DNA of 64,000 nt from a virus: IMG/VR virus record IMGVR_UViG_3300028831_000378, positions 1 through 64,000 of that record. One strand, written 5' to 3'. The translations under genes were made by a program, and so were the position numbers. This document shows positions 6,824-14,916 of the stretch, piece after piece. The notes under the pieces were generated by a model. The model was not told where the DNA came from. It did not search any database and saw nothing but the letters and a program-made list of their open reading frames with translations. Within the stretch, counting starts at the first letter, position 1. Each line of letters opens with the position of its first letter.

Positions 6824-9121
6824 GTGGCGCTGAGTTTTTCCGCCGGTGGCTCGGGCGATGTCATCGAGGCGGCGTCGGCGCCGGCGATCAGCGGCGCGTT
6901 CACGGTGGCGGCGTGGGCGCGGCCGCTCGCGTCGCTGAATAGCGGGACGATCCTGGGTGTTGGCGCGAACGCGTCGAACAACTACATCGCGCTAGCGATG
7001 CTCGATACGGGCCTGCCGTTCTTCGAGACGTCGCTGCCATCGGTCGATGCGAATGGGCCGGGAACGGCGTCGGCGGGCGTGTGGTGTCACGTCGCTGGGG
7101 TGCAAACGAGCACGACGAACCGTGTGTGCTATCTCGACGCTGTGGCGGGGACGGCGAATACGTCGTCGAGTAACCCGAGCGGGATGGATCGCGTCACGGT
7201 CGGGCAGCTCCGTCTGAATGGGTCGCTGGTGAGCGTCTGGAATGGGGACGCGGCGGAGTGCGCGATCTGGAGCGCGGCGCTTACGGTCGCGGAGTTGGCG
7301 GTGCTCGCGGCGGGGTTCTCGCCGCTGAAGGTGCGGCCGTCCGCGCTGGTGTTCTACGCGCCGCTGCTGGGACGCGCGACGGGGCCGGAGCTGGATCTCG
7401 TCGGCGGCCGGCCGCTGGTGTACGGCTCCGGTTTGGAGCCGTCTGCCTCGGGCACGCACCCACGGGTGCGCGGTCGGGCGCAGGCGGCGGCAGTCGTGCT
7501 CGTGCCGTCGACCACCGTGTCGCTGTCGCGGACGGGCGCGGACACGGTGGCTGTGTCGGATGCCGCGACGCGGGCGCTGGCGGATGCGCGCTCGGGCGCG
7601 GACAGCGTGTCGGCGGTGAGCGATGCGGCGGCTCGTGGGGCGCTCGGGCTCGCGCGCGCCGGCGCGGATTCGCCGGCGCTGTCGGATGCGGCGTTGCGGC
7701 TGTGGACGCCGGCGGGTCGCACGACGGCGGATAGCGCGGCCGCATCGGACGCGGCGACTCGTGCGGTGGCGGCGCCACGTGTGGGCGCGGACGCGGCGAG
7801 CGCGACGGACGCGGCGACGCGTGCGAAGACGGGGCCGCGAGGTGGAGCGGACAGCGCGAGCGTGTCGGACGCTGCGGCCCGTGGAGCGCTCTCTAAGGTC
7901 AGGGATGGCGCAGATGCCGTAGTGGTAGCGGACACGCCGGGGAGGGCTGTGGTGGCTGCGCGCGGCCCGCAGGACACGGTGATTGCGGGGGACGCCGCGG
8001 GCCGGCAGGTGGTGGAGGCGCGCGCGGCCGCGGATTCGGTGTCGTCGTCGGATGCGGCGGTCGGGCTGGTGGGGAAGGTTCGGACGAGCGCGGACAACTC
8101 GGGCGTGTCGGATGCGGCGACACGGGGTGCGGCGGGGCGCGCGCGGTCGAGCGCGGATGCGGTGGTGGTGACGGATGCCGCGGCGCCGCGTGTGACGTTC
8201 GTGCGGCAGGCGCTCGACACGGCGGTCTTCGCGGATGCGGCGACGGGCGCGCTGCTGCTCGCACGATCGGCGGCCGACGCGGCAACGGTCGGCGATGCCG
8301 GCGTGCGTTTGCTCGGCGAGGCGCGGGCGGGCTCGGATAGCGCGGCGGTGACGGATGCGGCGCAGCGCGGGCTGCTTGGGCTCGTGCGGGCGGTGTCGGA
8401 TGCCGCGGGCGTGTCGGACGCCGGCGTGGTGAGCAATCGTGCGCTGGTGCGCGGCGGCGCGGACGCGACGGGGGTGTCGGACGTCGCGCGGCGCACGGCG
8501 GCGATCTCGAAGGCGGCGCAGGACGCGTGGACGCCGGCGGATGCCGCAACGCGGCTGCTGGGCCAGCACGTCGCGGCGGCGGACACGGTGGCCGCGGCGG
8601 ATGCCGCGAACCGGCTGCTCGGCGTCGCGCGAGGTGCGGTTGACGCGAGCGCGTCGACAGACGCGGCGTCGGGCAGCGCCGGCGTGGCGCGCGCGGCCGC
8701 GGACGCGTGGGGCGTGTCGGACTTGCCGGTGGGCGCCGCGGCGTTCGCTCGGATGGCGGCGGACGTCGCGGCGGTCGTCGAGCACGCGAACGTGGGCGTA
8801 GCGCTCGTGCGCAGGGGCAGCGATGCACAGGCCGTCGCCGATGCGGCGTCGCGGGGTGCGATGCCGCGCGCTCGCGCGACGATCGACGTGATCGGGGTGT
8901 CCGACGTCGCGCGCCAGGTCGTGCTGCGGATGCTGTTCGCCGGCGACGTCGTGGTTGTGACGGACTCGGGTGTGGCAGTCGCGTTCGGGGAGGGCGTGCA
9001 GGTCGAGCTGCTGATCGACGTCGAGCGGTCGCTGATCGTGGAGGGGTATGTGGGCGCGTCGATCGGTACTGTCGGCGTGGTTCTACCGTCGACAGACGCC
9101 ACGGGAGAGATCACGGCGTGA
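6824..9121 (+). CDS. LamG/concanavalin-like lectin domain protein with long degenerate tandem repeats
   Basis: N-terminal LamG-like pattern (FTVAAWARP..., VWCHVAGV..., VCYLDAV..., WNGDAAECAIWSAALTVAEL). It is followed by about 25 repeats of about 20 aa. Confidence 0.75.
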   Translation: MALSFSAGGSGDVIEAASAPAISGAFTVAAWARPLASLNSGTILGVGANASNNYIALAMLDTGLPFFETSLPSVDANGPGTASAGVWCHVAGVQTSTTNRVCYLDAVAGTANTSSSNPSGMDRVTVGQLRLNGSLVSVWNGDAAECAIWSAALTVAELAVLAAGFSPLKVRPSALVFYAPLLGRATGPELDLVGGRPLVYGSGLEPSASGTHPRVRGRAQAAAVVLVPSTTVSLSRTGADTVAVSDAATRALADARSGADSVSAVSDAAARGALGLARAGADSPALSDAALRLWTPAGRTTADSAAASDAATRAVAAPRVGADAASATDAATRAKTGPRGGADSASVSDAAARGALSKVRDGADAVVVADTPGRAVVAARGPQDTVIAGDAAGRQVVEARAAADSVSSSDAAVGLVGKVRTSADNSGVSDAATRGAAGRARSSADAVVVTDAAAPRVTFVRQALDTAVFADAATGALLLARSAADAATVGDAGVRLLGEARAGSDSAAVTDAAQRGLLGLVRAVSDAAGVSDAGVVSNRALVRGGADATGVSDVARRTAAISKAAQDAWTPADAATRLLGQHVAAADTVAAADAANRLLGVARGAVDASASTDAASGSAGVARAAADAWGVSDLPVGAAAFARMAADVAAVVEHANVGVALVRRGSDAQAVADAASRGAMPRARATIDVIGVSDVARQVVLRMLFAGDVVVVTDSGVAVAFGEGVQVELLIDVERSLIVEGYVGASIGTVGVVLPSTDATGEITA
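7535..9030 (+). repeat. coding tandem repeats (about 57-66 bp period)
   Basis: Repeated core (G)AD(S/A)xxV(S/T)DAAxRxxxxxR, about 25 times, within CDS 6824-9121. Confidence 0.7.
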
Positions 9122-9426
9122 GCATCCCGAAGTTCATAGAGGGGGAGGGCGTCACGTTGTGGTTGACGTTCCGTGACCCGCGGACGCGTGCGCCGATGGA
9201 TCCGGAGGAGCCCGTGATCGTGCGTGTCGATCCGCCGGTGCAGGGCGCGTCGGTCCCGGCGACGCGGGTGCTGACGGCGGAGCGCGAGGAGTTGGGGCTG
9301 TACCGTGCGGTGACGCCGGCTGATCTGCCGGGCCGGTGGCTGGTGTACGGGATCTCGGGTGGCGCGCCGGCGGCACGTGGGGCGTGGGAGGGCGCATTCG
9401 AGGTACGCGCTTCGAGGATGCGGTGA
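9118..9426 (+). CDS. hypothetical small beta-rich protein
   Basis: GTG 9118 in a GTGA overlap with the upstream stop. Confidence 0.55.
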   Translation: MSIPKFIEGEGVTLWLTFRDPRTRAPMDPEEPVIVRVDPPVQGASVPATRVLTAEREELGLYRAVTPADLPGRWLVYGISGGAPAARGAWEGAFEVRASRMR

Positions 9427-9812
9427 TGCTCGCAACGCTCGATCTTGCGGCGCTGACGACGTTCACGGGTCCGGTTGTGGTGCTGGCCGGCGTCGTGTTT
9501 CTTGCGCTGCGCTACAACCGCGAGGAGACGGGCAAGATCGTTTCGCAGCAGGCAAGCGTGCTCGACGACATGAACTCCGTCTATGAGCGCTTGAAGGACG
9601 CGCTGTCGCGGGCGGAGAAGGAGCGTGATGCGGCGCAGCGGGAACGCGACGAGACGAAGGCGGAGCGCGATGCGTTGCGGAGCGAGGTCGCGGCGTTGCA
9701 TAGCGAAGTGGAAGCTGCGCGGCAGGCAAATGAGCGGCTGGCGGGGCAGGTTGCGCAACTCCGGGTAGAGCTGGCGGAGTACGAGCAGCGACGGCGAGGT
9801 GACAGCGTGTGA
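9426..9812 (+). CDS. membrane-anchored coiled-coil protein
   Basis: TGATG coupling. N-terminal TM segment (LAALTTFTGPVVVLAGVVFLAL), then a charged heptad-like ERDAAQRERDETKAERDALRSEV region. Confidence 0.6.
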   Translation: MLATLDLAALTTFTGPVVVLAGVVFLALRYNREETGKIVSQQASVLDDMNSVYERLKDALSRAEKERDAAQRERDETKAERDALRSEVAALHSEVEAARQANERLAGQVAQLRVELAEYEQRRRGDSV

Positions 9813-10570
9813 GCGAGGAGCAGAATCCGATAGAGGTGGTGGGGAAGACGCTCGACGTCGTGTGTCATCGGCTTGATCGGCAAGCGAGCGTCATTCGCCT
9901 GATTTTGACGCTGGGCGCTGTGACGTTCATGCTCGCGGGCACTTCGATCGTGATCAATGGCTGTCGGGCACAGGATGCGAACTCGACGGCGGAGTCGGCG
10001 GAGAAGCGCAGCTCGTCGAACTCGGTGACGCTGCGGTGTCTCACGGAGTCCAAGACGCGGAGCGCGGCGACGCGATGCCTGAACATTCAGGCGGCGAAGG
10101 AGGGGCGCGCGGGGCGCGCCGGAGCGGCTGGTGCGCAGGGCAAGCGGGGGGTGGCTGGTGTGCAGGGCGCGAAGGGCGACAAGGGCGATCGAGGTGCGAC
10201 GGGTGCGACGGGTGGCCGTGGGCCGCAGGGGTTGCCCGGTGGGCAGGGGCCGAAGGGCGACAAGGGCGACAAGGGCGATCCGGGCGATGACGCGGTGGCG
10301 CAGCAGCGGCCGGTGCGTCCACCTCCGAGTGAGCTACCGCCGCGCCCGGATCGTCCGGACAGGCAGCCGCCGGAGCGCGGGCCGCAGGGCGATCAGGGGC
10401 CGAAGGGCGACAAGGGAGATAAGGGCGACAAGGGAGATAGGGGAGAGCAGGGGCCGGCGGGGGAGGCGCCGATTGACGTCGAGACGGCTTGTCCGAATGG
10501 GCTGCTGGGTGGACTAACGCCGGGCATCGCGACGGACCCGGACGGCGATCGGCACTACACGTGCCCATAG
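9809..10570 (+). CDS. membrane-anchored collagen-like (G-X-Y) repeat protein
   Basis: GTGA overlap at the start. TM segment (LILTLGAVTFMLAGTSIVI). Two G-X-Y blocks (GRAGRAGAAGAQGKRG... and GPQGDQGPKGDKGDKGDKGDRGEQGPAG) flank a Pro-rich linker. Confidence 0.7.
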   Translation: MSEEQNPIEVVGKTLDVVCHRLDRQASVIRLILTLGAVTFMLAGTSIVINGCRAQDANSTAESAEKRSSSNSVTLRCLTESKTRSAATRCLNIQAAKEGRAGRAGAAGAQGKRGVAGVQGAKGDKGDRGATGATGGRGPQGLPGGQGPKGDKGDKGDPGDDAVAQQRPVRPPPSELPPRPDRPDRQPPERGPQGDQGPKGDKGDKGDKGDRGEQGPAGEAPIDVETACPNGLLGGLTPGIATDPDGDRHYTCP

Positions 10571-10590
10571 ATGCGGCCATAGAAGTGTCC

Positions 10591-10617
10591 ACGGAGGCAG
10601 ACTGCTCCGTCTAATCT
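10591..10617 (+). promoter_or_regulatory. terminase promoter (-10 TAATCT) with upstream hairpin
   Basis: ACGGAG/CTCCGT 6-bp hairpin at 10591-10610. TAATCT at 10612-10617 lies 7 nt before GTG 10625 (leaderless geometry). Confidence 0.45.
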
Positions 10618-10624
10618 GGCGGGC

Positions 10625-12532
10625 GTGGCTACTCGGGTACGGCCGCGGCGGGCGCGGCGGGAGGATGGATTCGACTTCGCGGCAGCGGTCGACGGCGAGT
10701 GGCAGCTCGGCGAGGAGGAACGCGCCGTCGAGCGTCGGTCGATGATGGAGTACGCGGAGCTGATGCCCGAGCCCGGCGTGGGCGCGCTGCGGTTCGAGGA
10801 CTTCCCGTTTCAGGTCGGGTGGTATGCCGACGAGGTAGCGGACGCCGAAGAGGTCGTGTTCGCGAAGGGCGCGCAGGTCGGCGCGAGCGGGATGGGGGTG
10901 CGGTGGTGCATCCGGCAGGTCGATCAGTTCGGCGACACGGGCCTGTACGTGATGCCGACAGACGAGGTGGTCGAGAAGTTCGGCGACGAGCGCGTCGAGC
11001 CCGCGATCGAGGAGAGCCCTTATCTCCAGTCGCGGATCCGGCCGAAGTGGGTGCGGAACAAGCATCTGAAGCGCATCGGCCGGGCGTTCCTGCATATGCG
11101 CGGCTCGAACTCGAAGGCCGGCGCGCAGTCCGTCGCGGCTCAGTTTCTCTTTCTCGACGAGCGCGACCTGCTCGATCAGTCGAACCTGCCGATGATCATG
11201 CGGCGCGTGTCGGGCGCCCGGCAGCTCGGGAAGACGCCGAAGGTTCGTCACGCCGGCTATCCGCTGATCCCGAACGACGGGATCGACCTGCTGTGGCAGC
11301 AGTCGGACATGCGCGTGTGGCACGTCGTCTGTGATCGCTGCGGCGACGAGCAGCCGATCACGTGGGAAGAGAACGTGCGGTGGACGACGCCGGGGTTTCA
11401 CGAGGGCGAGCGCGAGGGCCAGGAGCACGGCGACGCGTCGCTGCCGCTGCGGGTGATGCGGCCGGGCTCGGACGCGCACGACGATCGCAAGGCGATCGAC
11501 GCGGTGTGGCGGCAGTGCCGGTCGTGCGAGGCGTCGTTCGAGGACTCCGGGCCGGGCAAGCGCGACGGGGTGCTGCGCAAGGGCCGATGGATCGCGCAGC
11601 GGCCGGGCGCGTCGCTGATCGGCTTTCACGTGTGGCGCGGGATGGTGCCCGTGACGGATCTCGTCGAGATGGTGCGGGCGTCACGGTCGACGAAGGACAT
11701 CGAACGCGAGCTGTTCTCCGCGCTCGATCTCGGGCGCCCGTACGCGTCGGGCGAGTCGTCGCTGACCGATGACGTGCTGATGCGCGCGTGCTCGTTCGGG
11801 ATCAATCGCCTGGATGCGTACTACGGGCCGAACCCGACGACGATGGGTGTCGACGTCGCCGGCGAGCGTGACCTGAACGTGTGGATCGACGAGCAGCTAC
11901 CGGCGGAGATCGAGGGGGTACCGAATCCGCGGCAGGCGCTCTGGATCGGGCGGTGCGCGACGTTCGAGGAGGTCGTGCGGCTGATGGAGCTGTTCCGGGT
12001 GCACGTGTGCGCAATCGACTCGAACCCGGAGCGGCGGATGGCGAAGGCGCTGCGCGCGACGTTCCCGGGCCGTGTGGTGCTCGTCGAGTACGACCATAGG
12101 TGGCTGTCGGAGCCGCTGAAGTTCGAGGCCGATCCGGAGGGGATGCCGCTGAAGGTGCGGGTGAATCGGACGGACGCGATCGACGGGATGATGGATGCGA
12201 TTCGGCAGGTGCGCTCGCGGCCGTTGCGGACGCCGCCGGCCGGCTGGATGGCGCAGATGAAGAGTCTGCACCGGCGCACGATCCTGAACACGAAGGGGTT
12301 GCCGGAGCGCGAGTACGTCACGACGGGCACGGACGGCGACGACTATGGGCACGCGGCGGTGTACGCGCTCGTGGCGACGGAGTTGTGGCGGATGTTCATC
12401 CGGTCGCAGGCGCAACTCGCGCAGGCGCGCGGCCAGCATGTCCCGGACGAGGAGATGGGCTTTCGGCGGGTGCGGCTGTCGGACTATGGTTCGGCGGAGA
12501 GTTGGCGGCCGGGTCTTCGGGGCTACGAATGA
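10625..12532 (+). CDS. terminase large subunit (GpA-like)
   Basis: 635 aa. FPFQVGWYADE..VVFAKGAQVGASG (GpA-type ATPase N-terminus). Internal CDRCGDE...CRSCEAS zinc ribbon. C-terminal nuclease-size domain. Confidence 0.8.
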   Translation: MATRVRPRRARREDGFDFAAAVDGEWQLGEEERAVERRSMMEYAELMPEPGVGALRFEDFPFQVGWYADEVADAEEVVFAKGAQVGASGMGVRWCIRQVDQFGDTGLYVMPTDEVVEKFGDERVEPAIEESPYLQSRIRPKWVRNKHLKRIGRAFLHMRGSNSKAGAQSVAAQFLFLDERDLLDQSNLPMIMRRVSGARQLGKTPKVRHAGYPLIPNDGIDLLWQQSDMRVWHVVCDRCGDEQPITWEENVRWTTPGFHEGEREGQEHGDASLPLRVMRPGSDAHDDRKAIDAVWRQCRSCEASFEDSGPGKRDGVLRKGRWIAQRPGASLIGFHVWRGMVPVTDLVEMVRASRSTKDIERELFSALDLGRPYASGESSLTDDVLMRACSFGINRLDAYYGPNPTTMGVDVAGERDLNVWIDEQLPAEIEGVPNPRQALWIGRCATFEEVVRLMELFRVHVCAIDSNPERRMAKALRATFPGRVVLVEYDHRWLSEPLKFEADPEGMPLKVRVNRTDAIDGMMDAIRQVRSRPLRTPPAGWMAQMKSLHRRTILNTKGLPEREYVTTGTDGDDYGHAAVYALVATELWRMFIRSQAQLAQARGQHVPDEEMGFRRVRLSDYGSAESWRPGLRGYE

Positions 12533-12542
12533 GGAGGGCACG

Positions 12543-12713
12543 GTGAAGCGCTCGAATTGGGCGGAGTGTCCGGCGTGCGGCGAGGAGTGGTGGATGTACG
12601 CCGGGACGGCGCCGATCACGACGAAGGCGGGTAGCAACGGCTGTCGTGTGTGTCGCTCGCGACCGTGGCGGCGGCTGGCGCCGTGGGTGCGTTGGATAGG
12701 CGGCCGAGGATGA
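12543..12713 (+). CDS. small zinc-ribbon protein
   Basis: GAGGAGGG RBS then GTG 12543. Contains CPACGEE...CRVC. Stop in ATGA overlap with the next gene. Confidence 0.45.
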   Translation: MKRSNWAECPACGEEWWMYAGTAPITTKAGSNGCRVCRSRPWRRLAPWVRWIGGRG

Positions 12714-13048
12714 CAGTGCCGCGGAGGCCGGGGCAGCGCGCGACGAGTCGTGATCGAGAGGAGTACGCACGAGCGACGGAGGCCGCGCGCGAAACTCGCG
12801 AGCGTGTCGCCGGCGAGGTCGCGGATACGATTGCGGGACAGGTCCGCGAGCTGCTGATCGAGGGTGACATCATGGGCGGCCGCGCGCTCGTGGCGATGCG
12901 GTTGCGGCAGGTGACGGTCGCGGAGGGCCGAGCCGACGAGCCGGCGATCCGGGCGGCGTGGATGGATGTGTGCGTCGCGGCCGCGGGATGCGTCGCGGCA
13001 CTGGACTACCGGCCGCCTTCGGGGTTGAATGGGGGTCGTGGCGACTGA
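12710..13048 (+). CDS. hypothetical protein
   Basis: ATG 12710 (ATGA overlap). Internal start of ORF 12650-13048. Confidence 0.5.
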   Translation: MTVPRRPGQRATSRDREEYARATEAARETRERVAGEVADTIAGQVRELLIEGDIMGGRALVAMRLRQVTVAEGRADEPAIRAAWMDVCVAAAGCVAALDYRPPSGLNGGRGD

Positions 13049-13250
13049 GGAGGTAGCGGAGCCGGTGGCGTGGGGGAAGCCGCAGGCGGCGAGGTGGGGC
13101 ACGCGCGAGCAGGGCGGCGTCGTCGCGCCGACGCTCGGCGAGCGGTGGGCGTGGCGGGGGTGGTGGCGCGCGGAGCGTGTGGAGGGCGAGGCCGACGAGT
13201 TCGGTGATGCTATGTCGGCGCTGTGGCACTTTCTCGCGCGGGGCGAATGA
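13029..13250 (+). CDS. hypothetical Trp-rich protein
   Basis: ORF-track frame. Overlaps the previous gene by 20 nt. Confidence 0.4.
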   Translation: MGVVATEEVAEPVAWGKPQAARWGTREQGGVVAPTLGERWAWRGWWRAERVEGEADEFGDAMSALWHFLARGE

Positions 13251-13254
13251 CTGC

Positions 13255-13278
13255 CCCGCCGGCGTTCCCGCCGGCGGG
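13255..13278 (+). terminator. stem-loop after stop 13248-13250
   Basis: 10-bp GC stem CCCGCCGGCG/CGCCGGCGGG with a TTCC loop. Weak T tail (cTTgggg). Confidence 0.45.
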
Positions 13279-13317
13279 CTTGGGGATGGTAGGCGAGCGT
13301 CGGGCTCCGTGGATACG

Positions 13318-13569
13318 ATGCCGTTCATGCCCGAGTTCACTGATCGAGATCGCGAGTCGCTGCGGCGACTCGAAGCGAAGTTGGACCTGCTGGCCGCCGC
13401 GATCGGCGGGCCTGCCCTGAAGGCAGGGTGGGACGAGATCGAGCGCCAGGACGGCATCCCGCCGCGCCGGCGTACGTTCCGGCGCGCGCGCTGCGGGTGC
13501 TTCAAGGGATCGCCTCACGAGGAGGGCTGCAAGCGTCACGACGCGGCGGAGATGCGGCGGGTCGCATGA
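13318..13569 (+). CDS. hypothetical protein
   Basis: Starts MPFMPEFTDRDRESL... An alternative leaderless start is ATG 13327, lying 7 nt after TACGAT (13314-13319) and beginning ATGCCCGAGT. Confidence 0.55.
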   Translation: MPFMPEFTDRDRESLRRLEAKLDLLAAAIGGPALKAGWDEIERQDGIPPRRRTFRRARCGCFKGSPHEEGCKRHDAAEMRRVA

Positions 13570-13922
13570 TTCCGTACGACATTCAGGTCGCGGGCGGCGG
13601 CTTTGACGGGGCGCCGGGGATGATGTGGGTCGACGACGGCAAGCATCCGCCGCCGCCGGTGATCTTCGTCGGCGTGTGCGTGAAGGGGATGCACTGCGGC
13701 ACGGCGAAGTGCCAGCGCGGGAGGGTGCACGTGTCGTACTGGACGCCGGACGAGGATGGGATGCCCACGGCCGTCGAGCGCTATCGCAAGCAGGAGGAGT
13801 TCGTCGAGCGTGACGAGCACGAGGAGGACGGGCTGCGCGGCCGTGCGGTGTACGCGATCGGTGGGCTGCTCGATCCGCGAAACTTCGGCGCGAAGGCGAA
13901 GATGCCGATGGTGCCGGCGTAG
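13566..13922 (+). CDS. hypothetical protein
   Basis: ATGA overlap at 13566-13569. Confidence 0.55.
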   Translation: MIPYDIQVAGGGFDGAPGMMWVDDGKHPPPPVIFVGVCVKGMHCGTAKCQRGRVHVSYWTPDEDGMPTAVERYRKQEEFVERDEHEEDGLRGRAVYAIGGLLDPRNFGAKAKMPMVPA

Positions 13923-13935
13923 ATAGGAGGAGCTG

Positions 13936-14310
13936 ATGGGCGCGACGTTCACGGAGCATCAGGTGCGGGCGGGGCTGATGGAGGTCTGCGAGGGCGACGT
14001 GGCGATGGTGAACGACTGCATCGCCGTGATGCGCGACACGCCGGCGGAGCCGGGCGCGCTCGGGTTCACGGACGACGAGCTGAAGGGCGTCGCGCGCGAC
14101 GAGTGGGCGGTGCACGTGGATGATTCGCCGGATCCCGTGGCGTGGGCGAAGGTGCAGGAGTGCGGCGTGTCCGGGCCGGTGCGGCAGGGGCTCGCGGAGC
14201 GCTTGGACGAGGCGTCTGCGAGGTCGGTCGCGGCCGCGCTCGTGAATCGCGGGGTCGACGCGGAGGCACGTCGTCACGACGGGCTGTCGACGCCGGCGAG
14301 GCCGGCGTGA
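13936..14310 (+). CDS. hypothetical protein
   Basis: AGGAGGAG RBS at 13925-13932, then ATG 13936. Confidence 0.6.
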   Translation: MGATFTEHQVRAGLMEVCEGDVAMVNDCIAVMRDTPAEPGALGFTDDELKGVARDEWAVHVDDSPDPVAWAKVQECGVSGPVRQGLAERLDEASARSVAAALVNRGVDAEARRHDGLSTPARPA

Positions 14311-14744
14311 TGGCGAAGCCGGGGCTGAATGGGCAGGAGGAGCGCCGGCGGCTCGCGGCGCTCGCGCGCAACGCGGTCGATCTCGGCGGTCGCGGTGAGC
14401 TGATGGGCGCGGCGGCGGACAAGTTGCGCCGGCAGGCGGAGCAGCAGCTCGGGCTGCGCTGCGGTGGCTGCGGCGGCCGGATCGGCGTTGGCTTCGAGTT
14501 CACGCGGATCGACATCGTGCGTAACGAGGACGGCCGGCCGACAGCGGACGTGCAGCGGCTCTCGGCGTGCAACGGCGCGAACGACTGCGACTTCGCGGCG
14601 AAGGCGCGCGAGGGCGCCGACGCGGTGCGGATGATCGAGAACGTGTGGTGCTCGGGTGAGCCGCCGGTGGGCGCCGACACGCTCGACGCCGCGATCGAGC
14701 AGGCAGAGGCCGCGCTACGCGACTCGCCCGACACGAAGGGCTAG
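14310..14744 (+). CDS. hypothetical protein (CGGCGG motif)
   Basis: TGATG coupling. Internal start of ORF 14142-14744. Confidence 0.55.
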   Translation: MAKPGLNGQEERRRLAALARNAVDLGGRGELMGAAADKLRRQAEQQLGLRCGGCGGRIGVGFEFTRIDIVRNEDGRPTADVQRLSACNGANDCDFAAKAREGADAVRMIENVWCSGEPPVGADTLDAAIEQAEAALRDSPDTKG

Positions 14745-14753
14745 TCGAGCGTC

Positions 14754-14797
14754 GATCATCGGGTTATCCTCTCGGGCTGACCCGAGTTCCGAGGAGG
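14754..14797 (+). promoter_or_regulatory. early-type promoter/operator plus leader, copy 2
   Basis: Dyad GATCAT-cgg-GTTATC at 14754-14768. TATCCT at 14765-14770. CTCGGG at 14771-14776 is inverted relative to gACCCGAGT at 14779-14787. GAGGAGG at 14791-14797 and ATG at 14803. Confidence 0.55.
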
Positions 14798-14802
14798 ATG
14801 TG

Positions 14803-14916
14803 ATGACGAGAAAGACGGTGGTGCTGTTGGTCGTGGTGGGCGCGTTGGCGGGGGACATACCGTTCTTCGTGCGCGCGGCCCGGAACCGACGCGTGCTTTA
14901 CGGTGAGCGCTCGTGA
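14803..14916 (+). CDS. small membrane protein (37 aa)
   Basis: ATG after the motif RBS. Hydrophobic VVLLVVVGALAG. GTGA overlap with the next gene. Confidence 0.5.
   Translation: MTRKTVVLLVVVGALAGDIPFFVRAARNRRVLYGERS

Noticed and set aside
7535-9030. A regular ~60-bp periodic repeat that could be mistaken for a CRISPR-like or satellite array.
   Set aside because: The repeats are degenerate, have no unique spacers, and lie in frame inside a long ORF with a coherent amino-acid repeat.
13282-13293. GGGGATGGTAGG as a possible sixth late-type -35 element upstream of TACGAT 13314.
   Set aside because: The spacing to the -10 (about 20-25 nt) does not match the invariant ATC-N16-TAnnnT geometry of the five accepted copies.
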